From Callorhinchus milii (taxonomy: Eukaryota), in assembly GCF_018977255.1 (NCBI RefSeq), contig NW_024704742.1, positions 12,402,001-12,466,000 of the forward strand: 64,000 nucleotides of DNA. The letters are read 5' to 3'. Positions within the stretch are counted from its first letter, which is position 1. Each line of letters opens with the position of its first letter. The translations under genes were made by a program, and so were the position numbers. The notes beneath the pieces are model-generated. The model made no database searches and was not told the origin of the DNA. It saw only the letters and a program-made list of their open reading frames with translations. Shown in pieces: positions 1 to 14,238 of this stretch.

Positions 1-454
1 TACAGGATTGAGCACTTTCCCTTAAAAAATATATAGTAATAATTTGGTCACTCAATCCACAACTGTTTGTGGGACACTGGCTGCCGTTTCTCCCACAAAA
101 TATACAATCAATTCATTTTACAGTATATTCTCTCTTCTCCATCTCTGTTAGTTTGTTTTCCTTTAGAATTTTCAATTTGAATTTTACATTTTTATCTAAC
201 TAATATAACCTATCTTTGAGCATCTTAACTCTCCAAAATCTGACATTTCAACTCTTTCTGACCTTCTTTGTCTCCTCCTCACTCTTAATATAGGGAAGCA
301 TTTATTTGGATTGTATTTGTAGCTGGGTGAAACTTCCTTTCCATTATTCTCTGATTTCCTGTAATATATTTTTCATATGACTCTCAGAAAGCCCTATTTT
401 TTTTAGCCTTGCAACCCTTAAATAGTTTTGACTTCTTTATTCAACTATTCTGTA

Positions 455-737
455 GGAGTCCTACAGTAGTTAGAGCACTCGCCTCGCAAACGAGAGACAT
501 TGGTTCAGTTCCCATCAGGAACTTGGGCAAGTTTCCTTACTCCACAGGCCTAATAATAAACCCTCAAGAAAAAAACAATAATAATTTGGTCACTCAATCC
601 ACAATATTTTGTGGGACATTACTGCCGCGTTTCGCCCACAAATATACAGTCAATTTAATTTACAGTATAATCTGTGAAATGTTTTGAGACGTCTAGAAGA
701 TGTGAAAAGTGCTATATCAAATGCAAGCATTATTATA
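455..737 (+). mobile_element. tRNA-derived SINE, short form
   Basis: ggagtcct... tRNA-like head, shared body ctgtttgtgggac, L2-like tail + (ATT)n. Confidence 0.85.
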
Positions 738-3044
738 TATTCTGGCATTGCAAAACTGACTTGAAGATTCTTGTCTCAAAATGCTTCACAGGATTTATAG
801 TGTAGTAAGTGTAGTGACTATGTATTTTGTAGGCAAATATGGCAGCCAATTTCAGCTGCTGGAAGGTGTTTCTTGAAGTCCAGGTTTATGAACACATATT
901 TATATAACCAGGGCTTAGAATCCACCTTCATAGGGTTTCAGCTGCTGTTTAAGCTTCATACCTCCAGCTGGTGAAACTCATTCAGGGAGTAAGTAAGTGT
1001 GTCCAAGCTGTTAGCAGGAAGATGGTGGCAATAGGTTCGCACACTTCATGCTGAGCTGTGCTGCTCACCAAAAAAAGCTTACAAGGAGTTTCTGGTACCT
1101 GCCATCCATCTAGTAAGGGCTTGTCAGATGTCAAATTACCAATTAGTGACTATTCTTTGTGGTGGGGAGGGCGGTAGTGGGAGATGAGTAGGGTCTCCTT
1201 GAAGCTGAACTCTCCACTGAGTGGCATATTTGTCAATTGGCAATGAATCAACACTCTGTGATAAGTCTCAGTAGTCTGGTTTCTGAGCCAGGTAGGTCTG
1301 CAGTACTCCAGGCCACTTAGAGTAATAGCAAACCAGCCAGCCAGCCTCACCACAAGACCTGGAGAGACAGAGTGGTCAGCTCCTCCATACACAAGCTGCA
1401 GATTATCCAGAACTCTGCAGCCCATGGCCTTTTCTGCACTAAGCTAAACAAGTGCATCACCCCTATCGCCCACAAATATATGGTCAATTCACTTTACAGC
1501 ATGATCTGTGAAGTGCTTTGAGACGTCTAAAAGAGTGAAAAGCGCTATATCAAATGCAAGGATTATTATTGTTATCCTTGTCGGCTCTACTCTATGGGCT
1601 CCCCATCCTCTGCAAAATGAATTTCAAGATTCTCACCCTCAAATTCAAATGTCTCCATGGTTTTGCCCAATCTACCTCTGTGACCTATAACCCTACTGCC
1701 CCAGCTGCTTCCTCTGCTCAGCAAACACCGCCCTGCTGCGCTATGCTGAACAAGCCTTCAACCAGTCTCTCCCACTCTTGATTATTCTAATGGGCTACAG
1801 ATGTTTTCTCTTCCCATTTTTGAGCACCTAAAATAAGGATAAAAATTAAATACTCAACATTGATAATTCAATATGTTCCTAACAGACGAAGAGTTGCACA
1901 ATATATGGGGTGAAAATCCTCCGTCTTGTTACAACCCCCCCTTCCCCCCACTTCCCCCGCATGTCTTCAACAACAAGAACTTGCATATATAGCGCCCCTC
2001 ATGACGCTGAACTGGGGGAAGGGAGAGGTGACCTAGGCACAGTCAAATAGGAAGGTTTTCAGGCGCAACCTGAAGATGGGGAAGGAAGAAGCAAGGCAGA
2101 GGGATAGGGGAAGAGTGTTCCAGAGTTTCAGGGTGTAGTGGCTGAAAATACAACATCAATGTTGGTCAAAACCCACCATAAGATCTTTCAACTGTACTTT
2201 TGGCTACTTTTCTTCTCCCCTCCTTAGCTTCCCTTCCCCCAGGAACATGATTGTATTTCTAACATGAAAGGTATAAATGTAAAATATTGTTACTGTTAAG
2301 TTGAATCAAGATGAAGCATTTTGATCACCCTTTTTATCACCTTTCCCTTCCTATCTTTTTCAGTTCCCACGCTAACAGCTCAGGTGCCCAGACACCAGTG
2401 TCTGACATCCTCTCAATATATAAGTTGTATTCTATAAATATTGTCAGTCATTAATTTCAATTATAATTAATGCAAGTTACAATAATTGTGATATGGAAAT
2501 AAGCAGATTGCCAGAAGCCTTCCTTATGTTGTATAGTTGTTTACCCTGGGTGGACATGTTGATTTAATTTTTTCTGTGAATGGAAGAGTCATTAATTTTC
2601 ACCCAATATGGTAGCCCATATGTTATGCAACTGTTCATCTGTTAGGAACATATTGAATTCTCCATGTTGACTATTGTTGGATACTGTTTTCAATGAGAGT
2701 CTTCAGACGAATGAAATTTTCAATAAAGTTGTATTCAGTCCTGCAAACAGATGCAGTCCAAGCACAACTTCCTCAGACCCTCATGGCTGCAGAGAGCTTG
2801 GAAACCGTTTTTTGCTGGTTATCATATCTTAGCTCACTCATCACAGCCCAAATAAGGTCTTCTTGTTTTGAGTTCAAACAGTGGTCCAATGGTCTCCCAC
2901 AACTATTTTTTATTCTTGTTTTAAATGCTCAAAAATGGGAAGAGAAAACACCTGTAGCCCAAACTCTGAAGGAATCACAGCCCTAAAGGTCAATGAAATG
3001 AATTTAAAAAAAATAATTTTAATCTTAATAGGTTAAGCAAATAA

Positions 3045-3351
3045 ATAAGAATAATAATCATTGCATTTGATGTAGTGCTTTTCACATCTTCTAGACGTCA
3101 CAAAGTGCTTTAGAATATACTGTAAAGTGAATTGACTGCATATTTGTGGGCGAAATGCGGCAGCCAATTGTGCAGAGCAGTGTCCCACAAACAGTTGTGG
3201 TTGAAGTGACCAATTTTATTATTGTCNTTTTTCTTGAGGGATTATTATCAGGCATGTGGAGTAAGGAAACTTGCCCAAGGTTTTGCCCTGCTGGAAATCG
3301 AACCCAGGTCTCTCGCTTGCGAGGCAAGTGCTCTAATCACTGAGCTACAGG
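3045..3351 (-). mobile_element. tRNA-derived SINE, short form
   Basis: A-box TAGCTCAGTG and B-box GGTTCGATTT on - strand; full body and tail. Confidence 0.9.
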
Positions 3352-5737
3352 TCACCACGTTATCTGATTGATTGTTGACTTAGTGTATATAATCAGTTGG
3401 TATTCACAGCTGAGCAGAGCAATTTCTTTATTTGGATGAAATGAAAATAAATTGGTTGGACTGAGTGTCTAATGGTCCCATTTATTTTCAACCTTTTTCC
3501 ATAAACAGATTATTGCACTGAGACTAAATACTTATGTAATCCTAGCTTTTTGTACCAATTCATTAATCTACAGAACTGTTCATGCCCAGGATAATAAAGA
3601 TGAATTGTGTTTCACGGGACATGTAATATAACATTCTGAATTGTATATTAAATGCCTCCAGCAATGGTTCATACATATAAGCTCTTTATACGCTTAACAG
3701 AAATGCACTTAATATTATTTTCCATTCCACTGGGTAATGCTGTTTAAAATCTTAGTCCAGTGTACTCAAAATAAAACGTCTTTCATGTCTGTCAAATGTT
3801 GGATATTTAGAAAATAATCGCCCACTGTGAATGAATACAGTGCAGTAATTTTATTGAATGGTTTGGGTAACATTACAGGCCATGGCAAGTGATAGTCAAC
3901 ATTTTTTAATTATGACCTAAACTCCAACATAAATTTGCAATATTGAAATCATTCATTTGCTAATGTGCTCTTTGGAGTGTGCTTATTTTAGAATCCATAT
4001 TTTGGATTTTATTTTTGCCTGACACATGCCGAAACATATCGTCATGCTTAAGAGTATCCAAACTATCCTGGGAGTTCAATATATATATGCCACTTACTCA
4101 TGGAAATTTACCTGTATCTGAAATGGAATGTGCACTTTCTCCTATTCTCTCCCGAGGGACGCACCTTGCCTACTTACTTCTGGAGTCTATTAACCTTTAG
4201 GTTAGCAAGAACCAAGGCTTGGAGACTTCAGAGTGTATGTTGAGGCACAATCCACCCACTCATTAGAGCTTTGGTTTCAGGGTTAACAGGAGGTGAGTCA
4301 GAATAATCACTACTCCAGGTGACCAGTCTGCCTCTCCAAATCTTACCATTGTGCCAGGCTGACTGGTCTGTCGTCAGCACTGCTGTGGAATACTTTTGGA
4401 CCTGCCTGGCTCATGAATCGAGACCGGCATTGATATATTTTGAATGTACTGCCTATCATAGTGAATGTATGTTAGTGTTCATACAAATGGATAAGCAATC
4501 ACTGTCAATTTATCAAACATTAAAGTCCAATTACTAGAAATGACACAATGAGTATAAATTATGTTGTGTGACAAATGAGATTGGTGATCTGCAGCTCAAG
4601 TTGCCACATGGGGTTATGATGTAGTGGCAGTAATGGAGACCCGGCCCAAATAAGGGCAGAAATGGGAGCTGAATATTCCTGTCTACAATGTATTCAGATG
4701 GGATAGGGAAGGAATAAAAGGAGATGGGATGGCAATGTTGATTAAGATACGGTTATGGCCCTGGAAAGGGGCAATGTACAAGAGGGTCCAAAAACAGAAT
4801 CTACTTGGTTAGAGTTAAGGAGCAGAAAAAGAGCTGTTACTCTGTTAGGTGTACACTACAGACCACAAAATAGTGGGAAGGAGATAGATGAACAAATCAG
4901 CAAGCAGATTTTAGAAAGATGCAAAACCAATAGAGTAATGATAATGGGGGACTTCAATTTTCCTAACATAGACTGGCAAAATAACAGTGTAAAGGACAAG
5001 GAGGGGGAAGGATTCCTGAATTGTGCAGGATAACTTTCTGGATCAGTATGTTTCCAGCCCAATGAGGAAGGAAGCAGTGCTGGATCTATGTCTGGGGAAT
5101 GAAGTGGGGCAAGTTGAGCAGGTTTCAGTAGGAGAGCATCTGGACAACAACGAACACGATATTATTAGATTTGGAGTACTTATGGAAAGGGACAAGGAGC
5201 AACCAAAAGTGAAAATAATCAACTGCAAGAGGGCTAATTACAGTGAGTTAAAAAAGGACCTAGCCAAGGTGGACTGGAAAGAAAGATTGGCAGGTAAAAC
5301 AGCTAACAAGCAATGGGAAGCCTTCAAGGAGGAGATAGTTCGGGGACAGAACAAATACAAAGGGGAAATACAGGGCATCCAAACCTCCCCGGATAAATAA
5401 GGAAATTGGGATTAAAATAAAACACAAAAAGGAGGCTTATGGCAAATGTCAGGTCCAAAATACAGAAGATAATCAAATAGAATATAGAAAGTACCGAGGA
5501 GAACTGAAAAAGAAAATAAGAGGGGCAAAGAGATTGTGTAACATAAAAGGGAACCCTAAGATATTTTATAACCAAATAAAGAATAAAAGGTTAGTCAAAG
5601 GTAGGGTGGGACCAATTAGGGACCAAAGAGGAAATCTTGGTTAAGCAATCACTGTCAATTTATCAAACGTCAGCCATGCAGAGTGCATGGCTGATGTACT
5701 GAATGAGTACTTTGCATCTGTCTTCACAAAAGAAGAG

Positions 5738-6041
5738 AATAATCCTTGTATTTTGTTATAGCACTTTTCACGTCTTCTAGATGTCTCAAAGCGCTTCACA
5801 GAATATGCTGTAAAGTGAATTGACTCTATATTTGTGGGTGAACGCGGCAGCCAATTGCGCACAGCAGTGTCCCACAAACAGTCATGGATTGAAAATGACC
5901 AATTTATTATTGTTTTGTTTTGGAGGGATTATTATTAGGCATGTGGAGTAAGGAAACTTGCCCAAGGTTTTGCTCTGCCTGGAATTGAACTCAGGTCTCT
6001 CGCTTGCAATGCGAGTGCTCTAACCACTGAGCTACAGGACT
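5738..6041 (-). mobile_element. tRNA-derived SINE, short form, nested in CR1
   Basis: Full head, body and tail interrupting CR1 after FASVFTKE. Confidence 0.9.
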
Positions 6042-6551
6042 TTGTGCAGCCAATGCCACAGTATCAGAGGGAAAGGTAGAGAAATTGGATAAGATAAGAA
6101 GAAACCGAGAGGAGGTACTAAAAAGGTTGTCAGTGCTCAAGGTAGATAAGTCATCCGGTCCGGAAGGGATGCATCCTAGGTTACTGAGGGTGGAAATAAT
6201 GGAAGCTCTGGCCACGATATTTCAATCCTCCTTGGACACTGGGGTGGTGCCAGAGAACTGGAGGGTTGCAAATGTTACTCCACTGCACAAAAAGGGGCAG
6301 AAAGATAAACCCGGGAACTACAGGTCAGTCAGCCTAATGTCAGTAGTGGGGAAACTTCTAGAGATTATAATCTGGGACAAAATAAATTTTCAATTAGCAA
6401 AATATGGGTCAATAAAGAACAGCCAACATGGATTTGTTAAAGGCAAATCATGTCTAACAAACCTGTTAGAGTTTTTGGTGAAGTAACGGAGAGGGTGGAT
6501 AAAGGTAGTGCAGTTGATGCAGTTTATATGGATTTTCAAAAGGCGTTTGAT

Positions 6552-6793
6552 AACAACAACAAGATTCCATTTATAGAGCGCCTTTCATGTCGGGAGGACG
6601 TCCCAAGGCGCTGTACAGTTGGGTCAGGACCCGAGCAGGGGGGAAATGGTCAGGGTGAGGGGAGGGAAGGGAGGGAGCGAGGAGGGGGTAGAGAGTCGAG
6701 AGGGGAGCTGAAGGCACGGTCAAAGAGAAAGGTCTTAAGACCGGCCTTGAAGGAGGAAAGGGAGGAGGCAAGGCGAAGGCACTGGGGGATAGA
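6552..6793 (-). mobile_element. Young L2 3' end nested in CR1 RT
   Basis: (AAC)n + sequence nearly identical to the reverse complement of 17930-18166; interrupts CR1 after FQKAFD. Confidence 0.9.
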
Positions 6794-8407
6794 GAAGAGA
6801 CTTGTAAGCAAAATAGAAGCCCACAGTATTAAAGAGATAGTGGTAGCATGGATACAGAACTGGCTGGGAGACAGAAGGCAGAAAGTGGTGGTGAACAGTT
6901 GTTTTTCTGACTGGAGGGAAGTGTGCAGTGGTGTCCCCCAGCGATCAGTATTGAGACCACTGCTGTTTTTGAGCTATATAAATGACCTGGACTTGGGTAT
7001 AGGGAGTAGAATTTCCAAGATTGCAGATGATACTAAGCGAGGGAAAGCAGTAAACGGTGCGGAGATAGTAGCAGACTGAAAACGGACACAGACAGACTGG
7101 TAAAACGGGCAGACATGTGGCAGATGAAGTTTAATGTGGAAAAATGCAAAGTGATGCATTTTGGGAGGAAGAATGAGGAAAGACGATATAAGCTGATGGT
7201 ACAATCTTAAAGAGGGTGAAGGAACAGAGAGATCTGGGGGTCATATAAGTAAATTTTTGAAGGTGTCAGGACAGGTACATAAAGCTGTTAAAAAAGCATA
7301 TGGCTTTATAAATAGGGGCATAGAATACAAAAGGCAGGAAGTTATGATGAACCTTTATAAAACACTGGTTAGGCCTCAGCGAGAGACTGTTCTGGGCCCC
7401 ACACTTCAGGAAGGATGTCAAGGCATTGGAGAGGTTGCAAAGGAGATTTACCAGGATAGTACCAGGAATTGAGGACTTCAGGATAGGCTAGAGAAACTAG
7501 GATTATTCTCCTTGGAGCAGAGAAGCTTAAGAGGAGACTTAATAGAAGTTTACAAAAGTATGAGGCGATTCGATAGGATGAACAAAGAGAAACTATTTCC
7601 ACTGGTGGATGGGTCGGGAACCTAAGGAAACCGATTTAAAATAGTTGTTGAAAGAAACAGAGAGGAGGGGGGAGACATTTTTTTACACAGTAATTTGTTC
7701 GGATCTGGAATGCATTTCCTGAAAGGGTGGTGGAAGCCGATTCAATAACAGCTTTTAAGAGAAGTAGATAATTATTTGGGGAGGACAAATTTGCAGGGCT
7801 ATGGGGAGAGAATGAGGGAGTGGGATTGAATTGGGTAGCTCTCTTCAAAAAGCCGGCACAGACACGATGGGCCCAATGGCCTCCTTCTGTGCTGTATAAT
7901 TTTATGATTCTATGACGACACAAAGGGTGTTTTAGATATGTGTTTGACGTAAAATTGCTAAAATAGCTTGTGCACACAAAATAGTGTGACTGAGATAGGA
8001 GTAGTATGCAGTGTGGGCAGAGTGAGTCTGTACGATGGAAGATCTATAAACCTTGGAATTGTTGCACTGGGTTCCAACTGGAAAAAGACTATCTGGGCAG
8101 AGAATACATAATGCTTAGACTGTATTTTTGTGCTTATTTGCCATAGTCATTCTGAAAGAGCCTGTAATCTCATTAAGAGTCACCGTTTTCAGAGTCCCAT
8201 GCTCAGTAAGTCATTCTCCCTGATTCCAATGGAATTCAGTGTTAATATTCTTTACCCCCAGCTATTGAAGAAAAATGACAGAACCGCAAGTTCTACTCAC
8301 CAGAAGTATTGAAGGCAATCAATGTTTACATTTAGGTAACAGAATATCCTTTTTAATAATAACATTTAGCAAACTAAAGGTTTCTTTTCTTTTGTCTCTT
8401 TCTGCAG

Positions 8408-8531
8408 AACTTGACTAAGATAAATGACGTCCTGAAACAGCTTCTACTAATTTTTCCACACTTCTGTCTTGGAAGAGGTCTCATTGATATGGCAAAAAAT
8501 CAGGGTATTGCTGATGCATATGCTAGATTTG
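8408..8531 (+). CDS. ABCA1-like: ABCA-subfamily transporter exon (TMD2 region), 124 nt; first exon visible in window
   Basis: Polypyrimidine tract + CAG| and |GTGAGT; encodes [41 protein letters not shown](G); [14 protein letters not shown] is typical of ABCA1/ABCA7. Confidence 0.95.
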
Positions 8532-8610
8532 GTGAGTGTTCAGTCTTTTCCAATTGTTACCTCAGCAGTTTGTTTCACAAAAGAAAATGTGAGCATTTTA
8601 CATGATGAGA

Positions 8611-8665
8611 ATTATTTAATTATTTAATAATTTAATTATTTAATTATTTAATTTAATTATTTAAT
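8611..8665. repeat. (ATTATTTA)n-type repeat continuous with the tail of a - strand SINE fragment (~8660-8800)
   Basis: Visible 8-mer periodicity. Confidence 0.75.
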
Positions 8666-9137
8666 AGTAATAATCCTTGCATTTGATATATCATGTCTTC
8701 GAGACGTCTCAAAGCGCTTCACAGGATATACTGTAAAGTGAAATGTCTGTATATTTTGTGGGAGAAACACTGCAGCGAATTGCACACAGCAGCGTCCCAT
8801 TTACAATTTATTGCTGTATACACCCAACCCAGCTGTACAGGTGTGAGGTTGAAGACACAAGTATGAGGTTGGAGACGGTGCTTTTGATTTTAAATCTCCT
8901 GCCTGCAGAGTGGAAATAATGGGGCACTTTATCCATCCAAATTGTTGTGTGGTGACACCAGCAGCCGTTTCCATTCTCAGCCATTATAGAAGCCAATTAT
9001 GATGTACAAATAGATGGGATTGGGGACTGCTAATGTTTCTAAATTCAAACAGAGTCTTAAAGTAAGATTTCCATTGTGTAAAATAAATTATTGGAACTGG
9101 GTTTTATAGACTGTTAAATTCATCTTTTTCCCAGTAG

Positions 9138-9631
9138 TAATCCAGAACTCTGCAACCCATGTCCTCTCCCACACCAAACTCTGTGACCCCATCTCCCCCA
9201 TTCTCGCCCGACTCCATTGGCTCCCTATCCTTCAGAGGATCCGGTTCAAGATCCTGGTCCTCACCTACAAAGCCCTCCATGGCCTAGCCGCACCCTATCT
9301 CTGCGACCTCCTAACCCACTACCAACCGCCCGCTCCCTCCACTCAGCCGGCTCCGGCTGCTCCACCATTGGTGGGAGAGCCTTCAGCCACTCTGCCCCCA
9401 ACCTCTGGAATTCCATCCTCCAGTCACTCCGCCTCGCCCCCTCCTTAGCCTCCTTCAAGTCCTGCCTCAAGACCCTCCTCTTCGACCATGCCATCAGCCA
9501 CCCCCCTTCCCCTCCACTCCCTTCTCCCCCCTGATCCCAGCTCGGGTCTGAAATGCTGTACACTGTCCAGCGCCTTGGGCCATCCTCCCGACGTGAAAGG
9601 CACTATACAAATGTAATCTTGTTGTTGTTGT
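9138..9631 (+). mobile_element. L2 3' fragment
   Basis: IGGRAFSHSAPNLWNS, tail stem-loop, (TTG)n. Confidence 0.9.
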
Positions 9632-11214
9632 AGTAAGTGTAACAATTGTATGGTATTTGGAATAGTTTTCTTTGGAGCCCTTTGAAACTGTAGGAATTGT
9701 CTTAAGATTTCCAATTACAATAGAATCCTGGTTAAAAGGAAAGAGATTTACAAGTGTCAGATATGTGTTAATCTCAGATTTGCAAACAAGTATGTTCCAT
9801 AGTTTATAGTTTTATTTTTGCTAATACTCTAAGCAAATCAAATACTAGAATTTTGCTTTTACCATATTACACTTGATCTGCAACAAAATACAGCAGCAGA
9901 TTGTGTTTGCTATTAACCTAAACTGGTAAAGAAAAAGGATAGGGAAAGAAAAGATGTTTGTTACAAAGTCCTGTGATTTTCAGCAGTTAGCCACATTCTG
10001 TTTTTCTGGCAGATGGAACTTTTTTGGTATGAAAATTGTATATCACTATAAATACTTTTTTGGCTCCTGCTGGGAACCATGTCAGTTGCAACAGTCACAG
10101 CCTTTAACTGCCTGATATTTTATTCCAACTATAATACATCAAAAGTGTTGTGCTTATTGGAAAATAACCATATAGTTTCCAAATTCTTTTCCAAACCAAG
10201 CATGCTGATTTTCCTGAATCCATATTAAAGCTCTGGAAAATCCTACCGTTCATACAGAAGATGAAACAAGTTTAAAAACACAAGGTTTTCCTTGGTTAAA
10301 TGAGCACAGAATGTAATTTGGCAATTATTATGATTTTAAAGTAATGCTGGGATATTAACACAGTATTATCAATATCTATGCCAGGCTGAGATCAACTAGT
10401 TCACTTGACAGAGAGTTAGCTGCTCTTTTTTAGCTCCATATATTTCAAAGACATTCTAAGGCGCTATATCAAATGCAAGGATTATTATTATTACATTGTA
10501 GAAATAGAATCAGCACCAAGCAACTTAGCTCATGTAAAATTTTCATAATCCATTTGAAACTTTATTACCAATGAATTACAATCTACCCAGTTGATGCTTG
10601 GATTACTTTGTTATTACTGTACAATTCTGCTGTATATGAAAGGTATCGCCTATTATCAAATGTGAAATGAGCAGCAGTAAAATATCATAAGTGATGCATC
10701 TTTTCTTTGCTATTACTTAGGAGAAAAATATCTCGTGCTCTGTATCTTGTGCTGTGGGTGTGACTTGTATTAAGCTAAAAGGATAGGCACTTCTCTGGAA
10801 AGAAGTGTTGCTGCATTTATCGTAGTTTCATGAAGATTTAGACAAAATTCCTTTTTCCCATAACAACACTGTATTAAAAGAAAACACTGAGATCCCAACA
10901 CAATGTATGATGTGTATAATAAGACACAAAGTTTTCACGAGCTGATATTCCCTTGAAAGTTGGCATTTCCGATTTATAAGGACATAAACCTCATTTGTTG
11001 TTGGATTTCTCATACCAGAGTAATCTCAATTGTATGATCTCAATTTACAATGCTCATTGTTCCTCTTTCCATCAGAGGACCGAATACGTTCAGTTTTGAA
11101 TTGGCAAGCAGCTCATAACATACTACAGTCTGGCATTCCTTTTATCACCATTGGAACTTTTTTTGCGAAAAATAATAAAATGCATACTGTGGTAGTGTCA
11201 TGTTCGTGAAATTC

Positions 11215-12190
11215 AACAACAACAATACCTTGCTTTTATATGGCACCTTTTCTCATAGGGATAGATTCTCGATGGACTTAACGGTGATGTAATTTGATGT
11301 TGAGTTGCGGAGAAAAGGGAGGTGACCATAGACAAGGTCAAGGAGGAAAGTCTTCAGGAAAATGGGCAAGGTAGAAAGATTGAGGCAGGGAATTCCACAG
11401 GGTCAGGGCATAGTGGCTGAATGCATGTCCTCCAATGGGGTGGGGTGCAGGGGTTGAGAGACATGCAGAAGAGAGGAGCTGGTTGAGGGAAGGGGATAGG
11501 TAAAGGAGTGGAGCCAGGAGATAGAAAGGTGCCGGGGCATGAAGTGATTTGTAAGTGAATGTGAGAATCTTCACGTTGATCTGTTATGTGACAAGGAGCC
11601 TGGCAAGGACCGGGTTTTGGGGGTGTGGAGTTTAGAGCAAGTCAGGACATGGGTGGCGTAGTTTTGACTTAGCTTGGCTTTGTAAATGGTGGAGCTGGAG
11701 AAGACATTGGAAAATCAAGATGGAAGGTGATAGAAGCATGGATCAGGGTCTCTGCAGTGAAACATTTGGTTCGGAGCTATTGTCTGAGGCAGACGATATA
11801 GCGGAGGTGGAGGAAAGTGATCCTGGTCAGGGAGTGTATTTAGGGTAAGAAGGACAGCTCGGGAGCCAACCTGAAGCCAAGGTTGTGCACAGGTTCAGTG
11901 AATTTGAGGGATAAACTGGGGAAATTAAGAGGTCGAAGCCAGCAGGTGAGAAGACATTGATGGGAACCAAGGAGAATGGCATCCATATTGTCCATGTTCA
12001 ACCGCAGAAAGTTGGCCAGGGCCTATATATCTGACAAGCAAGAGGATAGAACATCAATGGATCTGGGAGTTGCAGATGGAGGAGGAGAAGTAGAATTGGG
12101 CGTCATCCGCATACATGTGAAAGTTGACCTCATGTCTGCAGATGATATCACCAAGAGGGAGCATGGAAAGGGATGAAGATAGAGCTTTGG
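11215..12190 (-). mobile_element. Older L2 3' fragment
   Basis: [39 protein letters not shown], (CAA)n tail on + strand. Confidence 0.85.
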
Positions 12191-13989
12191 AGACAAAATT
12201 ATGGTGGCTGATTAAGTAGTTATTGAGCAAGAAGCGAGCAGTTCCACTGAGATAGAAGAGGGAGGAAAGGTAATTGAGGACCATTTTCTCCATATGCTAC
12301 AACCACATCTCAGCAAGACCTAGGGTTCTCCACAGGGAAGGAGAGGGAGAATTTGATGGTGAAGCAACCTAAGAAACCTAGCCTTCTCTTGTATACTCGG
12401 AATGGTTAGCAACAGGGGCACAAACTGAGGGGAGCTGAGATGTGAAGCTGACCTAGCAGGGAATCATGAACTTTACTGATTTCCTTTGCTGAGTTCTTCC
12501 ATTAAATTGTGTATCTGTATGGCAATTAGCATTAGATGCAAATTATGGTAATCAGCTACCTAAATGATTTTGAACATAGTCAGCTGCTTTCATTTCATGT
12601 TTAAATTTTGTTCCATTAATTATAGATAATTTATAGATAAAATAAATTGTTTTATGCTACACCTCAATTTTGGAAATGCAATGTAATGAGAGGATAAGCG
12701 CTTGTTTCAATGAGCCTAGAGCTGTGAAAAATTGAGAAAAAAATACTCAGTATGAGTAGTTAATGTTTTTTAATACATCGTTCCTGAATGAAACATTAGA
12801 AAATGCAAGTATTATTACACTGGAAATGTATTATAATGTGATAAATTTGGTGATATTCGTAGTATTTCATGAACATCTCTGCTTTTGATCAGTGATTTGC
12901 TAAAAATCAGCTTTACATTATTTTCTCCTGTGTTCCTTGAGGTTGGTGCTTAAACTGCCAGATGTGTCTATTAAGACATTCAAGAGATTATTCTTAATGT
13001 ATGAATATAGGGATTAGGTGTCAACATGAGGAACACAGCCTCATCAAAGACCCACCGTAAACACTAGGAAGGCAGATTCTGACAAACTGGACAAAATTAT
13101 TATTATTATAGGGAAAATAAACAGAAAATAGTCTTCCCTAGACAGCAGGAAATTGTTCAGCATATTGTTCAGGGTTGTGTAGGACAATTTTAGGACACAG
13201 ACCAGGAAGTGTTGCTTTACTCAGTAGGTAATCAACAGCTGGAAAATGGGACCTGGAAGGGTGGTAGTGTCGAGGTTGCTGAATGTATTTAATGTAAAAA
13301 AAATACTTGTTTCAGTAAAGATTGAGGGATTGATGTTCTGGAAGGACAAGGTCAAATTAGGCCGAATGATTTTTTACCTGAGCCTCTCTGCAGTTTGCTG
13401 CAGAAATGTTCGAAAAAATGGGAACCCTGTCTAATTTATTTTTCTCCTTTCCATACTCCAGACTATATTTAGTCTTTGACCAGTGCCCAGCTGAGACAAG
13501 TTAACTTGGCACAAATAGGGCCACTTGCTCTCATAATAATAATAATCCTTGCATTTGATGTAGCGCCTTATCATGTCTTCAAGACATCTCAAAGCACTTC
13601 ACAAAATATACTGCAAAGTGAATTATATTTTGTGGTATTGTAGAAATAGAATCTGCCACATACATAAAACATTCATGTAAGGCCTTCATCATACATTTGA
13701 AACTGTTATTGCTCATGAATTATAATCTATCCCACCCATACACAGAATTCACATATAGTCTAGTTAGTCTAGCATCTGTAGTAGGGAAAATGCTTGAGAG
13801 CATTTTATTATATGCAATTAATATTCATCCAAAGATTGTAGTGTAGTCAAAATTGCTTTAGAAGCAATGGGCCATGCCTCACAATTCTGGAATATTTTGA
13901 GGAAGTAACCAAATTAATTGATGAGGATTAAGCAATAGGCGTAATTTACATAGAATCTTAGATATAATTTATGATAAAGTTGCACATTT

Positions 13990-14238
13990 GAGGGCGAAAC
14001 TTTAGGCAAGTTTCCTTAATTTACTCCACACGCCTGATAATAATCCCTCAAGAAAAGAAACAATAATAATTCAGTCACTCAATCCACGACTGTTTGTGGG
14101 ACACTGCTGTGCGCAAATGGCTGCTGCATTTCGCCCACAAATACACAGTCAATTCACTTTGCAGTATATTCTGTGAAGCACTTTGAGACATCTCAAAGAC
14201 TTGAAAAGCGCTGTATCAAATGCAAGGATTATTATTAT
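13990..14238 (+). mobile_element. 5'-truncated SINE, short form, within an old CR1 remnant
   Basis: Body and tail match other copies. Confidence 0.85.

Larger units (their letters stand above)
4560..7915 (+). mobile_element. CR1-clade LINE, ORF2 remnant (APE endonuclease + RT) with 3' end; contains a nested SINE and an L2 fragment
   Basis: MGDFNFPNIDW, PGNYRSVSL, QHGFVKGKSCLTNL, YMDFQKAFD, ADDTK; ATTCTATG-type tail; multiple frameshifts; 5' boundary approximate. Confidence 0.93.

Noticed and set aside
1..8407. Preceding ABCA exon (WSITPLMYP-type)
   Set aside because: Not found by eye; probably upstream of the window
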